A DNA stretch of 64,000 nt from the IMG/VR virus record IMGVR_UViG_3300027804_000060. One strand, written 5' to 3'. Under the pieces are notes generated by a model. The model was given only the letters and a program-made list of their open reading frames with translations. It made no database searches and was not told the DNA's origin. This document shows, piece after piece, positions 46,418 to 55,000 of this stretch (the stretch's first letter is position 1; each line of letters opens with the position of its first letter). This DNA comes from an uncultured virus (IMG/VR IMGVR_UViG_3300027804_000060). Its lineage: Duplodnaviria; Heunggongvirae; Uroviricota; Caudoviricetes. The translations under genes were made by a program, and so were the position numbers.

Positions 46418-47173
46418 TTAGAACGTTCCGCCATCCTTGATTGGGCCATCAGTACCAATTAAACCGGTTAGGGTTGTTGGTACCACTTCTTTATTTAGCT
46501 CATCAATTTTTTTTCTTTTGGCAGGAGGTAGTTGCAAGTAATCAATTTTAGCAATTAATTCATCTATCTTATTGTTATATTCACTTTTTTCAGTTTCGTG
46601 TTTCCGAATCAAATTGTTAACAGCATCTTCATTTTGTTTTAATAATGCCGCAACAGTCTTTTCATTCTGTTCCGTTAATGCATTAATTTTTCCATTATTT
46701 TCAGATGCAAGAGAGTTGATTCTATTTTCAAGTTCTGAACGAACCCTATTAGTTTCTTCTCTTGCTCTAACCAATTCACCTTTAAATGTTTCCACATGCC
46801 CAGCTTGATTCTTAACACTATCATAGTCACGAAATTTAGTAATCAATTCATCAATTTCGGTTTGATGTTTACTTTTCAATTCGTTAACATCGTTACCTAA
46901 TTTTGTTACAAGTTTTTCACTTTCAGATAATTTATTTTCCAATTCTTGAACAGCCTTACTTTGATTTGATTCGCCGTTTTGTTTCAATTCTTGAATCGTT
47001 TGTTGCAACTCAAGATTTGATTTTGCTAACGCATCAATCTTTTCCGACTGTTCTTTCACAACATCATCAGTTATTTTCGCATTCGCTTGCATTGAGATAT
47101 TTCGAATAACACAATCTGTCATTGTGCTTGTCAAGGTCTCAACATAATAATTTAAATACTTCTCATTTGCCAT
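46418..47173 (-). CDS. Charged coiled-coil protein ending DGGTF
   Basis: 251 aa, E/K/N-rich heptads, AGGAG RBS. Confidence 0.75.
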   Translation of the reverse strand: MANEKYLNYYVETLTSTMTDCVIRNISMQANAKITDDVVKEQSEKIDALAKSNLELQQTIQELKQNGESNQSKAVQELENKLSESEKLVTKLGNDVNELKSKHQTEIDELITKFRDYDSVKNQAGHVETFKGELVRAREETNRVRSELENRINSLASENNGKINALTEQNEKTVAALLKQNEDAVNNLIRKHETEKSEYNNKIDELIAKIDYLQLPPAKRKKIDELNKEVVPTTLTGLIGTDGPIKDGGTF

Positions 47174-47218
47174 TTCAAACTCCTATCATAAAAAAATCTA
47201 TTACATTATATAGTCAGC

Positions 47219-49147
47219 TTAGAATTGTCCTCCGTCTATTGCTGATGACCACACTGGTACACCTGCATCTGTGACTGTAAGAATTTGATTAGACCATGTT
47301 TGATCTGCTGAACCGGATGCAGATGTAACAGCCAATGCATTTGTTCCATCGCCGTATACGATACCTTTTGCGGTGAATGTTGCGGCACCTGTACCACCTT
47401 GAGCAACAGTCAAACCAGAAATGTCTGCCGCAGTTGCTGCTGTTACACGACCATAAGCATCAACAGTCAATGAAGTGATTGTTTTTGCAGCACCCAATGT
47501 GCCTGTTAATGAATAACCAGCATTAGCAATAGACTGAATTGCACCAGAGCCATTACCAATCAACATTAGGCCACTAGTGAATGTATTTACACCAGTACCG
47601 CCTTGTGTAACAGTTAGACCAGAAATGTCTGCTGCTGTTGCAGCACTTACACGACCATAGTCATCTACAGTCAATGATGTAATTGTCTTAGATGCACTTA
47701 ATGAACCAGTCAGTGTATAGGTAACGTTTGCAAGTTCTACTAGAGCATCTGTACCATTACCAATAACAACTTTACCTGAAGCAAAAGTAGATTTACCTGT
47801 ACCACCTTGACCGACTGTTAGACCAGCAATTTGATTGAATGTGGCCGCAGTGAATCTACCATATGCATCTACTGTTACTGATGTAATGGTATTGTTTTGT
47901 GTACCTGTTGTTGGTCCACTTTGCGTTGCAACGAATGAACTGTTAGCAAGTACTTTTAGTGAATCTGTGCCATCACCAATAACAATACCACCAGCAGTGA
48001 ATGAACTTGCACCAGTACCACCGTTAGGTACTGTTAAGTCATCAGTTAGTGTTAGTGATTTAAGTGTTGTTGCACCAGCAACATTCAAGGTACCAACTTG
48101 TAATACTGCTGCATTTGCCCATTGTGAAATCAAATTAGATTTCAAGTTTGCTTGGCGGAAGCTTCCATCTGCAACGTTGATAACGTTACCTGTTGGTTCT
48201 ACGTTGTAATTGTCAAACAAATAGAAGAAACCATCACCAGCATGACGCATCAAACCTGCATGGCGGTCTGCACCATTGTTGTAGTGGCCGTAGAAACCAA
48301 TATCGACTGCATCTGATGCATTGTTTTTACCAAGTGCAATCAACGAGTCTTCGACAGTAAGTGTTTCAACGTTGTATGTTGTTGATGTGCCTAAGATGGA
48401 TAAGTTACCACTGATGATAATATCACCATCAATTGTTTGTCTTAAATTAGGTGTATTTGCACGAACAACCGTGTTATCAACATCGACAGTTACTTGATTG
48501 TTTGTTACAGTTGTTGTAAGACCTGCACCACCAGAAATTGTAAATGTGTCGGTTGCCAGATTAACAACATCGTTTGTACCAGAATCAGCTGCAACAGTCA
48601 ATGCAGTTGAGATTGTTGACGAATTGGCAATCGTCATAACACGGCCGTTTGCAGCTACCTGGATGATAGGTATAACTGTTGAACCACCGTAGAAACCAGG
48701 AGTAAGACCAGAAATTGAATTTAGTGCAGCACTTAATGTTGCATTTGCAGTACCAACATATAGCTGTGGAGTTGCAGTAATGTCACCACCAGTAACTTCA
48801 ATATATCTATGTGTTTGGAATTGTGTTGCAGTGTTTGCGTTACCTGAGAATTCAGTTGTACTTAATGTACCACCGTTAGAGAAACTAAGACTTCTAACGT
48901 TTGCGTGGCCAACAAAAATGTTACCAGTTTCACTACGTTGAACAAGTGTGCCTCCAGTATTTGAACTGGTTGCAGCATCAATTGTTGATGTGTAGTATTG
49001 TCCACCAATATTAACAACACCTGTACCAGCAGGTGAACCAATAAACATGGTATTGGATTGATATGAATAAGCTAATTCACCCGCTTGTAGATTGGCTGGT
49101 ACGCCTGTGGTAAGGGAACGTTTAATTCTTAGTGCTGTATTTGCCAT
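47219..49147 (-). CDS. Tail-fibre-like protein: GELAY N-terminal domain, TVDxYGR and V.QGGTG repeats, C-terminal DGGQF
   Basis: Repeats ITSLTVDAYGRVTAA and GLTV.QGGTG; VEDSLIALG...DIGFYGHYNNG module. Confidence 0.75.
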   Translation of the reverse strand: MANTALRIKRSLTTGVPANLQAGELAYSYQSNTMFIGSPAGTGVVNIGGQYYTSTIDAATSSNTGGTLVQRSETGNIFVGHANVRSLSFSNGGTLSTTEFSGNANTATQFQTHRYIEVTGGDITATPQLYVGTANATLSAALNSISGLTPGFYGGSTVIPIIQVAANGRVMTIANSSTISTALTVAADSGTNDVVNLATDTFTISGGAGLTTTVTNNQVTVDVDNTVVRANTPNLRQTIDGDIIISGNLSILGTSTTYNVETLTVEDSLIALGKNNASDAVDIGFYGHYNNGADRHAGLMRHAGDGFFYLFDNYNVEPTGNVINVADGSFRQANLKSNLISQWANAAVLQVGTLNVAGATTLKSLTLTDDLTVPNGGTGASSFTAGGIVIGDGTDSLKVLANSSFVATQSGPTTGTQNNTITSVTVDAYGRFTAATFNQIAGLTVGQGGTGKSTFASGKVVIGNGTDALVELANVTYTLTGSLSASKTITSLTVDDYGRVSAATAADISGLTVTQGGTGVNTFTSGLMLIGNGSGAIQSIANAGYSLTGTLGAAKTITSLTVDAYGRVTAATAADISGLTVAQGGTGAATFTAKGIVYGDGTNALAVTSASGSADQTWSNQILTVTDAGVPVWSSAIDGGQF

Positions 49148-49189
49148 TATTATTATCCTTGTTGTTAGTTGGATTTAAATCCTATGATC

Positions 49190-49197
49190 TATTTATT
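49190..49197 (-). promoter_or_regulatory. Late promoter (AATAAATA)
   Basis: Overlaps the stop of the 78-aa gene, upstream of the ATG at 49147. Confidence 0.55.
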
Positions 49198-49432
49198 AAA
49201 ATGTGCCACCGTCAAAATCACTAATTGTATTTAAAATAGTATTACTGATATATTCTGATCCACCAATGCTAATGATATTGTTGGTCCACAATTGACTTTG
49301 CACATTTAATGTGGAACTACCAATAAAAAGTGTATTTGAAAGGAAAGAGTAAGCTAATTCTCCGTCTGCTAGATTGCCAGGTGCCGTGTTTGCATATGAA
49401 CGGAGAATCTGTATTGTTGTATTAGATGCCAT
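49196..49432 (-). CDS. Minimal linker protein: GELAY domain plus DGGTF tail
   Basis: 78 aa, IQILRS...P..L.DGELAYSF.SNTLFIGS...FDGGTF; matches only the two ends of the 642-aa neighbour. Confidence 0.75.
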   Translation of the reverse strand: MASNTTIQILRSYANTAPGNLADGELAYSFLSNTLFIGSSTLNVQSQLWTNNIISIGGSEYISNTILNTISDFDGGTF

Positions 49433-49966
49433 TTAGAAGAACCCTGAATCAGCACCCTGGAAAGCCAAATAAGTTACTGAATTTGCTACTGCGGCCTGAA
49501 TTGCTGCTTCTGAAATTACACCACCAACAGTTTGAACAGGCGCAAAACCACCAACCGGCGATACCACAATCGCAATCGGATTAGGATTTGCTGTTGTTGG
49601 TGCAGCTGCAAATGAAATTGCACCAGTTGTTGCTTCAGCTTTGATCTGTGTTCCGTCCAAGTCAATTGTGTTACCACTTAGATATAGACTTCTGAATTTT
49701 TGTGTTCTACTACCAAGGTCAAATGTTCTTGAAGTTGTTGGTAATAGATTTCCGTGTACAGGAGTGTCGGTACCAAGGCCTCTGGCAGAAAATGTTTTGG
49801 TTTGTGAGTTATAGACAATTACATCACCAGTGTTTGCGCCTTCCAAAGAAAGGTCAGTCAAACTCCTAAGTGTCTTTGTACCATAGGAAAGTGTTTGTAC
49901 CTTAGTTTTTTGGCCCTCAACTCTAACTTTTACGGTTGCAGGTTGTCTGACAGTTACCGTTGGCAT
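49433..49966 (-). CDS. Fibre-associated protein ending ADSGFF
   Basis: LRSLTDLS...ANTGDVIVYN; GNLLP....FDLGS....FRSLYLSGNTI fibre module. Confidence 0.65.
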   Translation of the reverse strand: MPTVTVRQPATVKVRVEGQKTKVQTLSYGTKTLRSLTDLSLEGANTGDVIVYNSQTKTFSARGLGTDTPVHGNLLPTTSRTFDLGSRTQKFRSLYLSGNTIDLDGTQIKAEATTGAISFAAAPTTANPNPIAIVVSPVGGFAPVQTVGGVISEAAIQAAVANSVTYLAFQGADSGFF

Positions 49967-49975
49967 ATTATTCCT

Positions 49976-50317
49976 TTAAAATACTGTAACTTGGGGTAAA
50001 ACGTTCACAACTCCCTCTAAAACCCGTATGACTGTGTTTGAAGAATCTTTGATAATCACATCATACACATAACGACCAGCAGAAATATTTGCCGTATTTG
50101 CATACGGTAAAGATAATATTATAATACCTTCCGTTGGATCATTAACTGTTATTACAAAATTTGCGGTTGTGCTACTAGAATAGTATGACTTTTTCATGGC
50201 AGCTTTTACTTGGCTACCAGTTAGGGTAAAAGGTGAACCATCAGCTTGATCCAATGTAATGGATGTACTAAAGTTTGAACCTTGTTCTAGAAATAATTCT
50301 TGGTAACCAGCTGGCAT
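49976..50317 (-). CDS. Small Ig-like virion protein (BppU-N-like putative fibre anchor)
   Basis: L.LEQGS.F...I.L....G.PF.LTG.....MKKSY.S, G.I.LSL....TA.I.AGRYVYDV.I......RVLEG...V.P.VT. Confidence 0.65.
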   Translation of the reverse strand: MPAGYQELFLEQGSNFSTSITLDQADGSPFTLTGSQVKAAMKKSYYSSSTTANFVITVNDPTEGIIILSLPYANTANISAGRYVYDVIIKDSSNTVIRVLEGVVNVLPQVTVF

Positions 50318-50337
50318 TGTTTAACCCCTTTTGGAGG

Positions 50338-50345
50338 TATTTATA
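50338..50345 (-). promoter_or_regulatory. Late promoter (TATAAATA) heading the anchor and linker genes
   Basis: Exact consensus followed by CCTCC-AAAA-GGGGT-TAAACA-ATG. Confidence 0.75.
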
Positions 50346-50441
50346 CTCAAAGGAAATGGTAAAAAGTAAATTCGCTTTTTGGACTTTTGGATCTGTCGGA
50401 GAAAATTCTCGGGCCGGAACGCAAAAATTCGAAATTTGTTG

Positions 50442-51674
50442 TTAAATATTATTTTTCAATTCTTTTACTTCTGCACGTAATTCTTTAATACCTTCAATTA
50501 ATAATGGAATTAACTTTTCGTAACGTACTGTTAAGTATTTCTCATCAATTGGTGCAGGCACAACAACTCCACAGTCCGGTAATTGTTTTTGAACCTGTTG
50601 TGCAGATATACCAATTTGACGATGTTTTGTATACCCTAATGATTCTGCTAATTCATTTTCTTCATAGTAGAAACCACTTAATTGTTCAATTTTATCTAGT
50701 GCATTTTCAATGTCACCAAGTTTAGTTTTCAATCTGTCATCAGAATAATATGCAGTAATGTTATTAGTTGCACGAATTTCACCCCCGGTACCAGTGGCTG
50801 CAGTACCAATACCTAATGAATTAAATTGAGGATTTGAACTAGTATCAATACCTTGGGGTGGTGAGTAGATGGCGGGGATGACGGGCCTTCCACTCAAATC
50901 TCCGTATGCTCCGCTTGTTGCAACAGTCGCTAATCCCGAAACTGAACCAGCAGCAATTGCAATATTCGTTGCAACTACAGAAGTAACTCTACCTTTTGAA
51001 TCTACCGCAATTTTTGGAACTACTGAAGCTGTTCCAAATGTACCAGTACTAGTACCAGCATTACTTAATCTGGCATCTGGTAATGTACCCGAACTAATAT
51101 TACCAGCATTTGTTGTGTCTGTGGTTGCTGAGGCTGCAAATGTTGGATAACTTGTGATTTGAGAAGTTGCAATTTGTATTGCAACATTTGATGCACCAGT
51201 AATTCTTCCTTTTGAGTCCACTATAACTTGACTAACACTTGAAGCGGTACCATGTGTGGCTGCAACAACACCAGTATCTGATAATCTTGCGTTTGGTAAA
51301 GTACCTGAACTGATGTTACCAGCATTTGTAGTATCTGTGGTTGCCGATGATGCTAATCCTGAAACTGCACTGGAAGCAATTGCGATTGCAATATTGGCCA
51401 CTCCAGTGGCTCTACCTTTTGCATCCACTATAATTCTTGGAACAATACTTGCACTTCCATATGAACCTGCTGCAGCACCAGTATCAGGCAATCTCGCATC
51501 AGCCAGTGTGCCACTAGTAATTTGAGATGTAGCTATACCAATAGTAGTATTGGTGACACCAGTAATTCTACCTTGTGGATCAACAACTATAACTGGTATT
51601 GCGGCACCAGTACCGTGTGTGGCTGCTACAACATCCGTATTTTCTAGAACTGACGGCGTAATCTTTGTTGTCAT
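50442..51674 (-). CDS. Tail fibre with C-terminal intramolecular chaperone / auto-cleavage (peptidase S74) domain
   Basis: YYSDDRLKTK..IENALDKI..L.G.YY, G.SAQ.V, VRYEKLIPLLIEGIKEL; internal repeats VD.KGR.T and SGTLP.ARL; N-terminal MTTKITPSVLE. Confidence 0.85.
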   Translation of the reverse strand: MTTKITPSVLENTDVVAATHGTGAAIPVIVVDPQGRITGVTNTTIGIATSQITSGTLADARLPDTGAAAGSYGSASIVPRIIVDAKGRATGVANIAIAIASSAVSGLASSATTDTTNAGNISSGTLPNARLSDTGVVAATHGTASSVSQVIVDSKGRITGASNVAIQIATSQITSYPTFAASATTDTTNAGNISSGTLPDARLSNAGTSTGTFGTASVVPKIAVDSKGRVTSVVATNIAIAAGSVSGLATVATSGAYGDLSGRPVIPAIYSPPQGIDTSSNPQFNSLGIGTAATGTGGEIRATNNITAYYSDDRLKTKLGDIENALDKIEQLSGFYYEENELAESLGYTKHRQIGISAQQVQKQLPDCGVVVPAPIDEKYLTVRYEKLIPLLIEGIKELRAEVKELKNNI

Positions 51675-51692
51675 TTATTTTGCCTTTTTATT

Positions 51693-51998
51693 TCATGCAT
51701 TTTTGTTTTCATCCAATACATTTTCATAAAAATGTACATTTTCATTGGATTCAAAATTTATTTTTTGAGGATTAAATTTGTCAATTATTTGTTGATATAA
51801 AGGATGACTTGGTTCGACATTAATGATTTGAATAACGTCATTCGGTGTTATATTTTTTCCTTTTTCAAATTCATCCACAACAATACGATCTTCAGGCAAA
51901 ACGTTTGCTTTAACATAGGCTCGTATAGTGTTATGTGGAAATTTGGAAGTATGTTGAATATATTCTACTTGTAAAATTTTATTGATTGAAAGTGTCAT
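51693..51998 (-). CDS. Hypothetical protein (possible fibre assembly chaperone)
   Basis: 101 aa, AT-rich, GGAG RBS, directly downstream of the long fibre gene; function inferred only from position. Confidence 0.6.
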   Translation of the reverse strand: MTLSINKILQVEYIQHTSKFPHNTIRAYVKANVLPEDRIVVDEFEKGKNITPNDVIQIINVEPSHPLYQQIIDKFNPQKINFESNENVHFYENVLDENKNA

Positions 51999-52030
51999 TT
52001 ATTTTGCTCCATTAAAAATTAAGTTTCAAC

Positions 52031-55000
52031 TTATGTACCAACTTTATATGCCATAAATCTTACATGGCCTCCAGCATACCAATATCCTGTGGGCCCGCCG
52101 TTAGCATATGCTCTCCACTCATTAGCAACGTCAGGTGCTAATCTATAAACATGTTTATTTGTGGCGCTTGGAATAGTTCCATCATTTCTCCAGCCAAGAA
52201 CACTATCCGCATAATGTGCTCTACTGGTAGCTAACCCAGACGTTTCCCACCAATGCGTACCTGGTCTAAAATAATCATTTCCAAATTTCATTGTAACTCT
52301 GACGTTATTACCTGCGGCCAGATAATATGGTGTTTTTTGGCGACCTAACGCCGCCAAAGTGGTGTCCTCGTTAGACCAATGAAAATAACCATAAGGTCCG
52401 TATGTTTGAAATGGTCTTGCTGCAACATAGACATTACCGTCAGCTGGCATATAATTAACCGTATCATAATTTTGTGTTGTTAATTTAATTAATCTCCAAA
52501 TACCATCAACAAGAACTTCGACAACCAACCATAGATAAGTGGTACCGCTTGCCCACATACTGGAATTTAATCTTTGTCCTCGATAGAACATATCTGGTTC
52601 TGTTATGTTCCACCAACCTGCGCTAGGAATATTTAAATATTGAACCGTACTCCAACCACTACCAACCCAACCTGGACCAGTATATGTACTAGTATAAGTA
52701 ACACCACCAACTGATCCCATTCCAAACATTTCTTGATAAGTAAAGTATGCTGTGCCTTGAGTAACATTTGATGCTGAACCAGCAGTTGTGGCGTATCCAG
52801 CATTTCCAGCACTTGATGCATATCCAGCATTTCCAGCATATCCAGCACTTCCAGCATAAGTGGCATTTCCAGCACTTCCAGCATAACCAACACTCAACGA
52901 TCCGGTTTGATATGAACGCAAGTAACTATCACTACCGTTTGTACCCCAAACTCTTGGTGGGTTGCTAGCATTATTTTCGTCACCATTACTTGAATTAATG
53001 TAACCGGTTTTTAAATAACCGCTTGCATCAGTTCTTACAATTTTGTTTGCTTCATTGTTTCTATCTGCATGTACATTTAATCCAGCAACAGTTGTTGAAT
53101 TTCCAGCACTTGTAGCATAACCTGCATTTGTAGCAGAACCAGCACTTGTAGCATAAGAAACAGACTGTGAACCAATGTTGGTGCTGTTGATATATGTTAC
53201 CCAGCCACCATAATTACCAGCTTGTATATTTCTGGTTCTAAGTAAATTAGCATTGTCTTCCCAACCCCATGCAACCTGAACACCCCACAAATTAGATGCA
53301 TTGGTGTGACGCATGTTCTGTTGGAACCACCAACTTCCACCTGGACCACCAGTTGAGCTTCCTGATGAAGTATCACCACGAAGAACTGTACTTCCGGCCG
53401 GAGCGTGTGAGAAATCGGTATTCCAATTGGAATTGAAACCCATTGTTACGTTATTTGCATAAGTAGAATTCGTAGCAAATGCAGAAGTGATATTCCAATT
53501 TCCAGAAGCACCAGTGCCTGTTAATGTTGGTGCATACGAATTATAGTTACCAGAATCTAGTATAACATAAGAAGCGCCACCTCGACTCCATCCACCAGTT
53601 CTTAATTGGTTATCGGTACCAAGTCCAAAATTAATTGCATATACGCCAGGTCTGTGAAAAGACATGGCCGCAGCACCATTGCCTTGTGATTGAACTTGTG
53701 GTCCTAAATGGCCAACATAAGAAACATCTTGGCCAGACACAGTATAACCTAAATCTCCAGCAGTACTAATAAGATTATTAGCACTATCAGCAATTCCGTT
53801 AATATTCACACCTGTCAGTCTTTGGAATCCAGTTGCACGATTCAATGCAATAGAAGTTGTACCAATAAAGTGTGATGAATTGCCTAGTATAGTACTTGAA
53901 ATTGTACCACCAGATAATTTATCTGCATTTAATGATGTTAACCAAGTAGGATTTGCATAACTTCCTGTCGAATACAATCCATTTGTTACTGTACCTGCAT
54001 TACCGGTTATACTGTGTGAGAATGTCCAACTAGAATTTGCTAAATCGTGTACATATTGTCCAGTTGCGAATGAAGTATTTGCGGTTGCTTTGTTTATTGT
54101 TTGACCAATAACTTGACCAGAAAATGTGCCGCCAGTCTTTGGCATTTTACCAGATTCTAAACCATCAATTGCAGACTGAATAGTGCCTGCTGTAAGTGCT
54201 CCTGTTGCTGGACCATATACAATGTTATTTGCAAAATATTCATATACTGCATAACCATCTACTTCGACCAATATTTTATCATTAACAACTGGTGCAACAG
54301 TCATTGTTACTCTAGATGTACCAGAATTTAAAGTATATTCAGATTCTAATTGACGAACACCGTTAATATACACCCTAACCTGGTTGGCTTGACTGAATGT
54401 TGGTGTTGCATATATTGTTGTTGTACCATCACCAGTATAAGACAATCTATTAGATGTAATTCTAGTACCAGGTTGAGTGCCTGCACCTCCTGCACCAGCA
54501 GCAGTCCAGTAGAAGTTACCTGATCCACCAGTTGCAAGTACGTAACCTGAAGTTCCACTTGCTGTGCCTGTAGCAGCTGCAACCAATGTGTTGAAAGCTG
54601 ATGAAGCTGATGTTGAACCAGTGCCACCAGATGAAGTTGATAGTGGAGTTCCTGTTAGTGTTAAACCTGTAAATGACGGACTTGCGGTTGTTTGCAAATC
54701 TTGTGATGTACTAATTGCCAATGTGTTTGCAGTAACTGAATGTATTGCAATGCCGTTATTAGATGTTAAGGTTAATGATGCACTTGTTGGTGATATTGAA
54801 CCTCTTGTTCCTTTAATCTCAGCAGTTGCAGCATTAGCTTTACCGAAAGCCGCATTAGCCTGTGCAAACGCAGGCGCAATTTGTGGAGCAACGTTGTTGG
54901 CCGAAGCAAAAGCAGAATTGGCATAAGATGATGCTGAGTTGGCAGCACCAAATGCACTATTGGCATAAATTGAAACGGAGTTTGCATCACGGAATGCACC

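Noticed and set aside
47174..47218. TATAAT upstream of the coiled-coil gene as a sigma70 promoter
   Set aside because: No -35 element at the proper spacing and no match to the TAAATA late core; too weak to call.
52031..52700. Possible diversity-generating retroelement target at the fibre C-terminus
   Set aside because: No reverse transcriptase and no template repeat differing only at adenines was seen in the window. A remote DGR cannot be excluded.
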